Below are positions 1 through 16,299 of a stretch of DNA of 64,000 bases, one piece after another. Position 1 is the stretch's first letter, and each line of letters starts with the position of its first letter. The notes beneath the pieces were generated by a model. The model saw nothing but the letters and a program-made list of their open reading frames with translations, was not told the DNA's origin and did not search any database. Made by a program: the position numbers and the translations under genes. Source of the stretch: the human T2T-CHM13v2.0 reference genome, Homo sapiens; the NCBI RefSeq assembly GCF_009914755.1, contig NC_060930.1; one strand, given 5' to 3'.

Positions 1-879
1 TCTGTGATACTGTATAATAATGACTTCTTTCCTACAACTTCCATAAATGACTTTTCTGCCCCCGTTACCTTTTTCCACAGACTGACAGCAGGTATTTTTT
101 CAGATTCCCAAATACTTATTCCTTAGCACTTTTCTCTTGTATAATTTAATAACAAATAAAAAAACTTTTTTCTAATACTCAATGGTATTATCTGTGGACC
201 CCTAAATATCCCTATTTGTTCTCTTGTACTCTTTCAATCTTCAATTTCATACTGGCAGATATCTGCAGGACTTTTATTTGCCTCAAACACATAAATAATT
301 CAAACACACACACACACTCCTCCACTACCAAAAAATGTTCCCCTGAACAATTCCCATACCTTTCAGGAACCAAGTCTCAGAACCTTAAAATTGCTACTGA
401 TTCATTCCTCTACTTCAGCTTTATATCCACCCACCCAGTTGATGGGTTTTTATTTTAAGCTACATGATGACATCTTCCTTTGTAACATCCTCAATAGGAA
501 AATATGGTTATATACAATTCTAGGGTCCCTAATTATACAGCCATCCCTGTCTTATTTAAGAAAGCATAGCAAAATGCAGAAGAATGATCACTAAGAAGGC
601 AATGTATTATGGGGATAAGCTTGAATTTTTTTAAATTAAATAATTTACAAAGTCCAGGAGCTTAAGGGTTATTCACAGCAGTGACTCACAGTATGCAAGT
701 GGTGACAACTTTGTGCCTTGAGCCACTGAAGGTGACAGCCACCAGCATGGAAGATGTAACTAGACTCTTAAAACACAGGAATGTAGCAGCAGTGGTGAAG
801 TCCTAGGCTCTCTAAAGGGAGAAGTATTTTCCTGAAGGAGAGTCAGTATGGAACTGCTGGTTTCTATAGGCTGCCTGTG

Positions 880-1112
880 GACCTTGCCTTGTGATATCTC
901 TCCATCTCCAAGACTCACTCTGGTCTCTATCTGTCACCACATTGCCTTGTCCTCTGACTCCGCCTCTTTCTGTGTCTCTCATAAAAATTCCTGCGATTAC
1001 AATGAACCCACTTGAATAACCCAGGATCATGTCTTCGTTTCATAATCCTTCATTTAAGTACATCTTCAGAGTCCCTTTTGCCACATGGGGTAACATTCAC
1101 AAATCCCTAGGA
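880..1112 (-). mobile_element. MLT1-type MaLR LTR fragment
   Basis: Motifs gattacaatgaacccacttgaataacccaggat and gtcccttttgccacatggggtaacattcaca resemble antisense MLT1 LTRs. Confidence 0.65.
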
Positions 1113-1394
1113 TTCTGCAAATACAAATTATGAATTCCAAAATAAAATCTGGCAAAGAGCTCCCCTCCATATTGCTGTCCCCAGAAGCACTTTTATTCAA
1201 TAGTAGAGCTCCATGTACTATTTCAAGAGTGACCACATAAAGAAGTCGAAAGTGTTTATCAAGGGTCTGCTATGTGTCAGTCATTGTCCTGCCTGCTTAG
1301 AGATGACTCTAGCAAGGGAGACACATCTATTAGTAGGTGCTTTTGATGTGTCCTAGTGAATACAAATATACAAATAGTTTAGTAATTGACCCAT

Positions 1395-1596
1395 TTCTAT
1401 GCCTCCCTCTTCCACTTTTAAGGATTCATGTGATTGGACTGGGTCCACTGGAATGATCCCAGATAATCGTTTGATTTCAAGGTCTTTAACTTAATTACAC
1501 TTGCAAAGTCCCTTTTGCTATCTGAGCTAACGTATTCACAGGTTCCAGGGATTAGGAATTAGACAACTTTTGGGGACCATTATTCTGTCGACCACA
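1395..1596 (-). mobile_element. MLT1-type MaLR LTR fragment (terminal part)
   Basis: gcaaagtcccttttgc...attcacaggttccagggattagg...ggggaccattattctgtcgaccaca is the typical MLT1 end. Confidence 0.75.
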
Positions 1597-2616
1597 GGAG
1601 GAGTGCATGCAAGATTGAAAAAACTCAACTAGCAAAATCAATGATACAGGAAGACCTGGGATCTATTCAAAGATCTTCCTTTTGAACACATTTGAAGCAT
1701 ATTAGTTTTATTTGTATAAAGATCATGCACACAAATTGAGGAAAACACAAATAGCCATGATCCCCCAAGTCAAATGTGCCAGTGACATTCTGAAGGACGG
1801 GTTACTTACCGAGTCAATTCAAGCATAAACATGTTACGGTCCACGATTTGACAGATGGGAGAAAATCTACGAGAATGCTTATTTCAGCATCACTTAGAGG
1901 GCAGAAAGTTGCAGGCAACCTGGTTGTCTATTACTGGGAAAGTGAACAGGGAACTATCAACAGATAGTTACATATGACCAGTATAACTCAGTAATCAGGA
2001 GGAGTTATTAGATGTACTCTAGCATGGAAGGGAGGTCAAAAATCAAAGCAGTAGTGAAGACAGGAACAGAATGAGCTAATGCAGTACTATTTACGTAAGT
2101 CATATATATGCCATGCATATATTTTGCAAGAGCATATATAAGCAAAGTTATATAAAATATATACATGCATAGATTTATAGTGGGGGGGTACACTAAAGTT
2201 GGGAATGATAAGAAATAAAACCAATTTTTAAAAGAGAAAAAATTCTAGTGTAATCAAGCTTCTGAATTTTTTTCACTGTGCCTTCTGTTTTATACATATT
2301 TTAAGTAGTTGGGATCATGCTATTTACAGTTCGATGTTTTGCATTTTAAAATCCTTAATACTAAATCATGAACAGCTCTCTATATTTGATAGCATTCTGA
2401 TTATTTCCTCAGAACAGATTCCTAGAAATGGAATTATTGTGTCAAATAGTAAAAATATTTTAAATGCTCTTAATTTAAAATAACACTATATGAAAATGTC
2501 CAAATCACAGTACTATGAGCATAATCATTATGATCCATTTTAATGTAAAGGTTAAAAGAATTACAATATTGTTGCATGAATATCCTTGAACTATTGAATC
2601 TGACCCTTTTTATATA

Positions 2617-2700
2617 CAGTTGATTTTCATTATTCACAGTAGTTATGTCCTATAAAGTCACTGTGAACACTGGATTATTGAAAACTCAATTATTGCCATT
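2617..2700. mobile_element. MER82-like (TcMar-Tigger) terminal fragment
   Basis: TA followed by cagttgattttcattattcacagtagttatgtcctataaagtcactgtgaacactg. Only one end is present. Confidence 0.65.
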
Positions 2701-2871
2701 TTGTTTATTTGAAAAATAAATGTTACATTTATTTTTCAAAAATGTTGATCTATTAGTATCTATGTTATCTTCCAATTGAATTCAGGATTATTTTAGAAGG
2801 TTATTAAAATCTTATTTATATATTATTGGGGTTACTCAATCTACAGATTTATCGATAATTTCAGTTTTCAT

Positions 2872-3907
2872 ACAGAAAACTGTACTCAGGACCTGAACCC
2901 AAACACTTGACCAAAAGGACCTAGTACGTATCTGCAGAGGTCTCCATCCAAGAACAGAATGTCCATTATTCTCATTGCACATACTCCAAAATCGACCACA
3001 TGATCAGACATAAAACAATACTTAGCAATTTTTAAAATACCAAAATCATACCAACCACACTCAGACCACACTGAAAAATAGAAATCCTTACTGTGAAAAG
3101 TCACTCAAAACCATACTATTACATGGAAATTAAACAACCTACTCCTGAATGACTTTAGGGTAAACAATGAAATTAAGGCAGAAATCAAGAAATTCTTTGA
3201 AAGTAATCAGAACAAAGATACAACATACCAGAATCTCTGGGACACAGCCAAGGCAGTGTTGAGAGGGATGTTTATAGCTCTAAACACCCACATCAATAAG
3301 TTAGAACGATCTCAAATTAACAACCTAACATCACAGCTAGAGCTAGAGAAGAGCAAACCAACCCCAAACTAGCAGAAGACAATAACTAAAATCAGAGATG
3401 AACTGAAAAAAGTTGAGACACGAAAAATCATACAAAAGATCAACAGATCCATGAGTTGTTTCTTTCAAAGCATTAACAAGACCACTAACTAGACTAATAA
3501 AAACAAGAGGGAAGATCCAAATAAACACAAATCGAAATGGCAAAGAGGATGTTACCACTGACCCCACACAAATACAATAAGCCATTAGATACTATGATGA
3601 ACACCTCTATGTATACAAACTAGAAAATCTAGAAGAAATGGACAAATTCCTGGACATATACATTCTCCCAAGACTGAAATATGAAGAAACTGAATCCATG
3701 AACAACCCAATAATTAGTTCCGAAATTGAATCAGTAAGAAAAAGCCTGCCAAACAAAAAAGCCCAAGACCAGAGAGATTCACAGCTGAATTCTATCAGAT
3801 GTATAAAAAAGAGCTGGTGCAATTCCTACTGAAACTATTCCAAAAAATTGAGGAGGAGGGACTCCTCCCCAACTCATTCTATGAGGCTGCCATCATCCTG
3901 ATACCTA
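2872..3907 (+). mobile_element. L1 (older L1PA/L1PB-type) internal ORF2 fragment, endonuclease to linker region
   Basis: ORF relics [13 protein letters not shown] and [27 protein letters not shown] match L1 ORF2p. No 3' UTR or poly(A). Confidence 0.92.
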
Positions 3908-4592
3908 ATCTTTTTAATGTGCACTTTGCTTCTGGGTTCCATATTCTGGTATCCCAGGAATGCAGTGAGGTTGACTCTGTTTAGCAACCCAGGCTCTCAA
4001 TGTCTCATGAGCAGCCACTTTTAGCTCTTTGCCACAGAGACTACTTCTAATGCTCCTTACTATGACTTTGCTTTAGCCTATGAAGTCTGTTCTTTTTGCC
4101 TACATTATTTTCAGATGGAGAATTGTTTCAAGTAAACTTCCAATTTTCTTTATTTTGTACCCCTGGGGCTAACAAGCACTAACACTTCTGCCTTGCTCTT
4201 GTATCTTTCTGAAAGTTTCTGCCTTGAATATTAGTATACTGCCTTGAGTAGCATTTCCTTTTGCTACAACTTTATCTGTAATATTTCAATTTATATTGCT
4301 GATCTCCTGGTCTTATCAGAAAAGCTAACTAGAATGTATAACCTATTCCTTAAATTGAGTATTTTTCCTTCTAACACACATAGGGCTAACATCGTTTGTT
4401 ATATATTTCTTCCTTTTGCCTGTATCTAATCCCTTCCCGAGCCATTTGTTTTCTTAATGTAATCTCCTAACTATATTTTATGTCATCTGCCATAATGAAG
4501 ATTATCTGTAAGTTCTTGGAATATTAAAATGTCAACTCTTCAAAGGAACCTTTTCCACTATCAGTTTTCCATGTTTGATAACCTCACCTAGG

Positions 4593-4670
4593 TAGGTTGC
4601 CAGATTTAGCAAATAAAAATACAATCCAGGATGCCCAGTTAAATTTGAATTTTAGATAAATAATTTTTTG
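4593..4670. mobile_element. MER53-like hAT MITE, half element
   Basis: ggttgccagatttagcaaataaaaatac...aggatgcccagttaaatttgaattt. Confidence 0.7.
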
Positions 4671-5454
4671 ACTATTTTATGCAGTCACTTCAGTTTAGCC
4701 TCTGAAAACCATGTCAGGGCTTAAGTGACAAATCCAGGGCCAAATTGAACACTGCTGGGCAGGAGTATGGTGGTGACTTTGGCAGTCAGGCCACATGAAT
4801 TTAATGCTAGGCTCTTCTCAGTTCTCCCTCTTGGTCTTAATATCATTTTGATACAAGATCAAAAAGGGAAAATTATTTTGGATTGTTTACCTAACACTGC
4901 CTACACCTAAGTCTGGCATTAGAAAGTAGAGCTCCTGTTCTTTGACCTTATGGCACTTGGCTACCGTTGCTTTCTTGACAGAGAAACATAATGATAAACA
5001 CAGGGGGAAAAAATCTAAACATGGATATTGGAGCTTCACCTGCTTTAAGGTGAGTCCCTATTATTACCCTCTCAGTTCCTCCTCCAATAGCAGCCATCCT
5101 TGTTGTGGGTTCCAAGGTCAACTCTAGCATCCTACACATTAAGGCTAAGACACCAGCGTTCGGCTAAGGCACCAGCATTCAGCTAAGAGTCTATAGGCTC
5201 AATTCTCGTCCCTTGGTTGAGCCAGCATGATCACATAGCCCAGCCATGATGTTGGCTGAGGGCCCTGTGCTCATAGACAGCTGCCACCACCTCCAGAACT
5301 CTGTGCATTTGTATAGGTCCCTTGAGTACTTCCTCAAGGACCACATAAAAAGAGATGCCCACCTGGGAATTCAGCTGTCCTAAGCTGCAGTCACCACTCA
5401 AGTAAGATGCAGCATGATATGAGATGTCCAGTCTCTGTCAGGCTATATCCATAA

Positions 5455-5775
<321 letters not shown>

Positions 5776-6240
5776 TGCAAAAACCAGCTTTATTGAAAAC
5801 CAAAATTTCAATCTCTAAGATCATTGCGCTCTCTAAATCCCAGTCCTTTTCTACTCTTCAAGATTCACAAAATGCACTATTTAGTTATGAGGAGGTCCAC
5901 CCAGTAAATAACACCCTAAGATGTGAGACAATTGAGAAATCAAAAGAATAAGGCAACAGCTGTATGTGAGCTTCCAGTGGTCATGTTCACCACATGTGTT
6001 CACCCTTCCCCTAGAAGTATGTGCCATGTATCAGCTCACCCCAAGACTCTGTCTTGGGAACAGACACACTCCCATCTTTGTTTCACTCTGGTCTGGGTTT
6101 GAGTGATCTAGAGAATGATGTTTGAGAGATTAAATCAGTCAAGGAGAAAAACGTGTACCAATATCTGTTGCTTAGCATATAAACAAATAATTTTACCTCC
6201 ACAAGGAGGAATAAACAGTGGAACAAGAAAATACAATTAT

Positions 6241-6470
6241 GCCAGGTGTGGTGGCTCCCACCTATAATCCCAGTACTTTGAGAGGCTGAGGCAGGTGGAT
6301 CTCTTGAGCCCAGGAGTTTGAGATCAACCCGGGCAACAAAGTGAGATCGCATTTCTACAAAAAATTTAAAAAATTAGCCAGGCGTGGTGGTGCATGCCTG
6401 TAGTCCTGGCTACTCATGAAACTGAGGATTGTTTGAGCCCAGAGAGACTGTCTTAAAGAAAAAAAAAAAA
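6241..6470 (+). mobile_element. AluJ-like element with internally deleted right arm
   Basis: Left arm and A-rich linker are intact. The right arm is collapsed to ctgaggattgtttgagcccagagagactgtct plus an A tail. Confidence 0.9.
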
Positions 6471-8711
6471 CGACAATTCTGAGGCTTTCAATTGCTTTAG
6501 AAAACAGAGGTAAAAGATGTATTCTTCCTCTAATATCCATCAGACTAATTTATTGGTTTATTGTAAGGAATAATAAAATAATGATGGAAGGTGCTGAAAT
6601 ATAGTAAACACTACATTTTGTTATTACTACTATGTTATTTCATCATCATCATTTTATTCTTACTGACTGGGTGGAGAGATGTTAAGTCTGGGCAGAAGGG
6701 TAGAGAAGTGATCTGTAGTATTTAGTAAACTCATATTCATTATCTAAGCTCTCTTCTCCACTATAAGTGTAAGAGGCTGCAAAAGAATACCAACTTTATA
6801 GCAGAATAGTAATATTCACCTTAGCAAGTAAAATGTGGATTATAACCTTGGCTGTTTTTTCTTGGGAGCTATTTTTTGTGTTGCCAAGAACATCAGGGCC
6901 CCTAAAATGTAAATGGACAGAGGCTGTACTCTGACTAAGCTTTCCTATTGGAAGACAAGTTCCTGCAGGAATGCACCTGAGGAGCAGTTTCACTATCCAG
7001 TAGTTTGACTTGAGTCTGAGAAAGTGAAAATAGAAAACTCTGGAGCAGGACTGCAAACACAGGTTATCTTGGAAAAGAACCAGAGGTCAGCGCACATGGC
7101 AGCAAGAAATCAAGAACTGTTGGGAGGCTAACTGTGTTGTGTAGAATTTGGTTGTGTAAAATAAGACTTGTAAGGAAACAAAAGTAGTTTGTAGTAGGTA
7201 AACTCTAACCTGCCTTGAGTTTGCATTCAGAACTAAGGAATTTCAACTGAGACCAGATCCCAAAAACAAAAGAAGGCTCCTAAACATCAAAGTGTAGAAG
7301 AGATCAAAATGACTAGAATCTACCCCTGAAAAAGATTCTCGTGGTCCATTTTCATCCCACTTTAGGTCCATTCCCATCCCACTTTAGAAAAATTCTCATG
7401 ATCCATTTCCATCCCACTTTTCACACCCTCCATAAAGCAGTGTGTCATTGAAACAACTAAGCATTTTCCCCAGATGTGTTGCTATGAAACTGCTTTAATA
7501 GAGCCCATTTCAGGACTTAAGGTAGGTATTTTCAAAGTATCTATATCAAATGTAAACAAAACCTGCAGCAAATAACTTATTGCTTAAATAAAATATTAAA
7601 GCTAATGTAACATATCATGGCTTGATAAAGATACTAACTGGCCATTTGACTTTTAGTCTTGATCTTCCTAGGACTCGAATTCTGCCTTTATAAATGAAGT
7701 GACCAGAATCAGGGATCTCTAAAGTCCATGCCAGGATCTAAACTCTGAGTTTAATACGTACACATGACTTTGCCTGTTCTCCAGATGCTCCTTCACAAAG
7801 CTTCAAGGCTCTGAGAAACAGAGGACCCTGGACAGGACCCCTGAGACATCATCCTTCTAGTTCTCATCACTGAAACCAGGACAGTAATAAGCACCCTTTC
7901 CCTAGGTGTTCCCACAGACATCTGCAAGTTCCTGTCTACCACCTGCCTCTCTCAACTCAACACAATTCAATCTAACCTCTGAGCCCCTTGTTCCATGGCC
8001 TTATGATAGTGAACCTGAGTCGTTGAGTTGCATTCCACATCCTACTGAGAGATACATTCTGAAAAGGATACAGACGGGAACTTCATACACATGTCTGTGA
8101 TGGAGTCAAACAGTTTGAAGCCAACGTTCTGAGGCTTGCAAATATCTAAGCCAGAACATGCTCCCAGAACTAGAACTACAGGGATAACGTAAACTAGATC
8201 ATGAATAACCCAAGAATAACGAGATATACATTTTCAGGACTTAAGTCATTCTGTAGGGATACATCCCCAAAGTGCTATCCCAATTCTACCCATCTTAAAT
8301 CATTGTTCGTGTTCAGTCTGTATTTTCTTATTTGGAACTTCCCCCCCTCTAATATTTAACACACATTTATTCTCCTTTTGTGGAGAATTTTATTAGTCAA
8401 GCATTTTTCTACATCCTCGCCTTTAAAATTTTATGATTCCTAGAATTGTTTTGTGATTGGTTCAATAAAAGTTATCTGTTCTCAAGGGTGCAAAAATTTA
8501 GCTCATTATCAGCAAATGATTTTTAGTGGCCAAATGCCATGTTTATTATTTGCAGACAAGGAAGGAGAAGGATATGTTCACAAGAAACATGCCATTAGAG
8601 TTTCTATAGCTGCCTATCCCCCAGGTTTCCTTTATTATGAAGTGAAACACCAACAAAAATTGCATAAAACATGAAAGTATCATTTCACAAATTATGAAGC
8701 CAACAAACAGT

Positions 8712-9251
8712 GTGACAAGCAACTTTTAAAAATAGCTTCCAATGATCCCTAACTCCATGTGTTCAACCCCTTGAGTAATCCTCTCGAGTGTGAGCTAGAC
8801 CTACTGACTTGCTTCTAATGAATAGAATGTCACAGAAGTGATGTGATGTCATTCTAGAATTAGATTATAAGAAATGTGACTTCCGTCTTGTATTAGTCTC
8901 TCTCTAGCTCTTGTTGCATGCTTTCTTTGGTAGACAGGGCCACCTGGGGGTGGTATCTGGCCAACAGCCACCAAGGATATAAATCTTCAATAATTACTAT
9001 ACAAACTTGGAAGTGGATCCTGTCCCAGTTGAACCTTGAGATAACTGCAACCCCTGGCAACACCTTGATTTCAACCTCGTAAGAAACCCCAGGCAAACAC
9101 CTTGTTTGCAGCCTGTGAAAGACCCTGAAGCAGGAGACTCAGTCTGTGCCTGGGTTTCTGACTCACCGAAACTATAAGATGAAAAATTTGTGTCATTTTA
9201 AGCCATTAAGTTTTGGAATAACTTGTTATACAGCAATAGACAATTAATGCA
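8712..9251 (+). mobile_element. MLT1E/F-like MaLR solo LTR
   Basis: Starts tgtg, contains gacttgcttctaatgaatagaat, and ends ttgttatacagcaatagacaattaatgca. Confidence 0.8.
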
Positions 9252-9254
9252 CCA

Positions 9255-9760
9255 ACTAACCAGAAGCAAGTCAAGAAATAGGACCAGGCAGCACCCCAAA
9301 AGCCCCATCTTTGTTCCTTAAGCCTCCATATCCCTTCCAGAGACAATCACCATCTCCACTTATGAAATAATCACTTCTGTTATTGTTTCCTTGATACCTA
9401 CTTATGCATGCATTCCCAAATAATTTTATTTGGTTAGGTTTTGGAATGTTCTTTGAATATTACTGTTATCACTTTTAACTTTTGTTTTTTTTGGTAAACA
9501 TTATGTTTTCCAGATAAATTCAAGTTGTTGTATGTACCTAAGATTTATTCATTTTCATTGCTCTATAATTTTCTTCTGTGTGAATGTAACACAACCTTTT
9601 ACCCATTCTACCCTTGGACATTTGGATTGTTTTTGGCTAAGGGCTATTACAACAATGATGTTATCAAGATTGATGTGCATGTGTAAGTATCCTAATGCAC
9701 ATGTTCACACATCTAGTTATTTGTGGAATGGCCAGGTTATAGGATGTGCTTATCTTCTGG
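9255..9760 (-). mobile_element. Old L1M (L1ME-like) 3' region
   Basis: Degenerate motifs such as ggacatttggattgtttttggctaagggctattac and ccagagacaatcacc. Confidence 0.6.
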
Positions 9761-10579
9761 GTATTATAAAATGCCATAGGCTTTCTGTTTTCTGTAGTAG
9801 TAAGTATCAATATCAGAGTGAATATAGAGGGTGCAAGAGAGGAAAAGGAGAATGGGAGGAGCTAGTTATATTTTCTGGTAATGAAACTCAGTTTGGTTAA
9901 AAAAACAACTTTTTTCTGTTTTGTTTCATGGATTGGCATTTTCTTAAAAACTGCCTGTTATTAGGCCTCCAAATTATAGCAGCACCTCCTATAACTGGAC
10001 TGCCTCCATCAGTTGAGAGGTTCAAATCTATTGATGTTTACTGGATTTATTTATTTAGTCTGTTCCAATTTAAACACTTCAGGCCCAAGGCACAAAAGTA
10101 TATAATCTCTAATTTTTGTAATCCTACCTAAATGTTATACAAGCATCTTGTTTTAGGGATTTGTCTAAAATCAAGGAAAACTGATGTCTCTGGCTTTGTT
10201 CACATTTTAATTTCCTTAATTGTGATGAAATACAAAGTTTAGGACACTATGAAAGATACCTACCAAAGATTTTGAGATATCCTTTTATTCTTTGTCAAAC
10301 ACGCCCAAAATAGCACTTTCCTCTCTGCTCATTGCCTACAGTTAAGTGTAGTCTAAGCAATCCAGGTCTCTGATTCAATGCTGCAAGAAATGTCAATGTG
10401 TGGGAAATGTGGTATGCTGGTGCAGGGTTGCCCTTACGCTATTTTATAACCTTTTCCATAGCAGAAACTGTATCTACTCACAGCCTCTTCCAGTGTTGGT
10501 TTAATCCCATCAGGCCTCTTGCAGGTGAATCCCAGCAAAGTTCAGACCTTCATTTCTAATTAGGATAAATATGGTAAAG

Positions 10580-10745
10580 GCTAAGTCACTTTGACAAAAA
10601 GACCCAAAAGTGTAGTGGTTTGTTCATACAAAAAAAAGGAGTCTAAGTTGACAGGGTAGCTCTCCCCCAGATGGCCATCCAGGGATACGGGTTTCTTCCT
10701 TCTTATTGCCCCACCATGCCATAGAGTGTGTCTATTTCTGCATGT
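10580..10745 (-). mobile_element. Old MLT1 (J/K-like) fragment
   Basis: acaaaaagacccaaaagtgtagtggtt...ccatccagggatacgggtttcttccttcttattgccccaccatgcc. Confidence 0.45.
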
Positions 10746-10899
10746 TTCAAAATGAATCAAAGGCATATCCATGCTCGAGCTCTCAGAGAAAGAAAAGAAA
10801 GAGTCAAGGGCAGAAACTTCCTTTTAACCAAGTGAAATTGAAGTTGGAAAGTATGTAATTGTAAGAGCTCTACAGTTTACTTGAAGGAGTACACTACCG

Positions 10900-13125
<2,226 letters not shown>

Positions 13126-13256
13126 AACAATCTTTTTAAACTACTGGCATGGCCACATGGACGTGCACCAGCTGAGTAAGACACTGCCCACAATAAAATC
13201 TTTTAAATGATCAAACTATGTTTCTAAGACTTTTATTTGTTCAGTAAAGCACTTAG

Positions 13257-13546
<290 letters not shown>

Positions 13547-16019
13547 AGGACTTAGCTTCTTAACTGGCTTGTTCTCTTTGAGGCCTTGACAATTTTATGA
13601 GAAATTTTAGAAATGAATTGAGCTCCTCACCAGAGAAATACAAAGCACTACCTCAACACAAACCTCCTGGGTGATAACCCCTTAGGTAGAACCAAGGGTG
13701 TTGATGGAAATCCTAAGTTAAATCTTTAGGAAGACCCACAGTGCCTGCATTGACTGTAAAAGTAACATCTCTTGTCCCTAGACATTCAAAGACGCATGGC
13801 TTTTCTCTTTGCAGAGAGCAAATATGGGGTAGGGGATTGCGGGGATGCTGGGGAAAATGGAACCTCATCTATCTTTTAATCTTAATTTCCTGCCTTTCAC
13901 ACTTACCCTTTGGAGACCAGAATCTCTGGACAAGTTTACACTCTCAGTAGGCTGACCTTATGACTTTCAATGAGAAGGTGAATTTTGCAAAGGTAGAAGG
14001 TTAAATCTGAAATAGCATTGTGGGTAATGCAGTGGTTTATATAGAGCCTTAAAATTCCCTAATAATGAAGGCTGCATCTAGGAAAATCTGTCACATAATA
14101 TGCATGGTTTATCTTGCCCCTTCCCCACCCTACCCCTCTGGCTTTTTTTTTGCTATGCACAGAACCTTTCTCCTCCAAGCCCTGACAGTGCTCCACTTTG
14201 GAAACCAATTCTCGTACATATCAGTGCTCGTTTAAATCAATGTATTACCTACCCCAAAGACACGCTTGTTTTAGAACAATTACAAATGTCAGATATATGA
14301 TGCCTGTGAAGCATCTAAGCTGGTGAGAGAAGTTTAAGAAATTGGGGAATGCTCGCATGGGTGTGGGCATTATAAACAACTCCACATGGACATTTTTACT
14401 TAAAAATGAGGACAGCCCCATTAAGTACTCCTACGCAACTAGCAGAAAGTTTCAAACATCAGAGAATTTCCCAGCCATGCAATGGCTGTTTGGGAAGCAA
14501 TTTGCCAGATGTCTATGAGAGTTAACACACTCTAGGTCCCTATGCAATCAGGCCCCTAGATAACAGCTTCACGGCCATTAAAAATTCACAATTAGTTGTC
14601 TAGTGCAATATCTGTTATCCAGAAATGGTCCCTATGTGACATTAGAAAGGAGAACAATAAGCACCCTGGCACATAGTGATAATGTATTCAAAAATCTTAT
14701 CTTCAGTTTTAAGACTTCCAAGTAGATGAAATGGTTCCCCATCATCAAGTTGCCATTGATCTTTTTTTTTTTTTTTAACTGCAATTACTGGTCAGAATTT
14801 TTTTCATTAGAAACAAGTCAGAAATCACTGAGCAAATAAGTAAACACTAAGAATGCCGTGGTTCTTTAGAACTTTAAAAAAAGCAAATTAGGCTTCTGGA
14901 ACATCTCTGAGCCTGCTCTGCACCGTCTCCTTCCAAGAAGCAAAATAAATAAAAGCAAAATATTCACTGTCTGGAAAAGAGATTACTAGTGAGACATATG
15001 ACAAGGATCAGTGTTGGAAGGGACTGCATATTTTAATTATGTATACAAATGGCTTGGTAGTGAGAGCAAGATTTGCAGATTAAACAGTGAGGGAGGTATG
15101 GCACAGTAAATAATAAGGTGCCCAAATGCCAAGCAGCAGCTGAGGATTTACATTGTGTGCTATATGTGAGCTCAGAAGATGGAAAATGCAGATAAGTGTA
15201 AACAAATGTCAAATAATATGCCCAGTGGCCAAGAAATATAGAAAGTGAATTCGAGATCAGGGAAACCATGCTGCAGCATAATGATCAGGACACGAAGGAA
15301 ACACAGGCTTGTCACACCCAAGACGAGCTTCTAGGAAGCCCAGAAATATTTCTGAGAAGATGAGGATGGAAGAGAAAACCCACTGCAACTCGTACACAAA
15401 CACCCGCCTGATACCTTCCAAGCATAAAGGCACTGGCTTCTTCGTGTAATTCATCTGTGATCTGTGGATAACCTGCTAGCTGGTATTAAAGGAATAGTGA
15501 GGTGTAGAGGCTGGCTTTAGTTAGTGCTAGCTCTGCCACTGGCCAGCTGGTCAACCCTCATCAAGTCTCTTTATATCCCTGAGCCTCAGTGATGTTCCTC
15601 ATACCTATTTAAGGACCTTTTAGCCAACTTTTGTGACAAATTGTCACAGGTTAGCTTTGTCAGGGCTGAAACCCCCCTTTGTTGAGGTGGTCCAAGCATC
15701 TGCCAGGGCCTGGGCATTCTGAGGACTTGGCACGCATTTCAACTTAGCAACCTTTTCTACATGAATGCTTGAATCCTTTGGGACACGTGAACTTTCATAA
15801 TTTAGTTCGTTCCTTGTTAAAATTTAGTTTGTCTTTTCATTTTCAAATAAAAATCTAGACGTAAAGGAAAAACCTGAAGAATTCAAGAGGAAAAAAATTG
15901 ATCTTAACTGCCTGGATTTTTTTGGCAAAGTATCTCAGAGTTCAGAATCATTTAAAAGCCACGTATTTGAAATTCCTGCTTGGAGGGCAAAGTGCACTGG
16001 TGTTACAGTTTCCAAGTAT

Positions 16020-16150
16020 TTTCACATTTATTATTTTAATCTTCAACAACAATCCTTTAAGAATGATGATGAACACACCGCCCATTTTATAGAAGAGAAA
16101 AAGATCAAGACTCAGAAAAATTAAGTGACTTACATGAGGTCAAATGGTCA
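16020..16150 (-). mobile_element. MIR fragment
   Basis: cccattttatagaagag...ctcagaaaaattaagtgacttac matches the MIR core. Confidence 0.6.
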
Positions 16151-16299
16151 TGTTCTTTAATTATGCAAATATTTCAGATAAAATTGATAAAAATGAGGAG
16201 TCTCTAACACAGCTTAAATAGATTTTATTCTTTATATGACACAAATTAATTCCTTAGAGTAGTTGCTATGGACCAATGAACCAGTCATATACCCTCCAC

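Noticed and set aside
880-1596. Two MLT1 pieces as paired LTRs of one provirus
   Set aside because: They are only ~280 bp apart with no internal MaLR sequence and differ substantially. Independent fragments are more likely.
7328-7421. CRISPR-like repeat-spacer appearance
   Set aside because: Only three irregularly spaced copies, no unique spacers of constant length, no cas genes, and a primate context.
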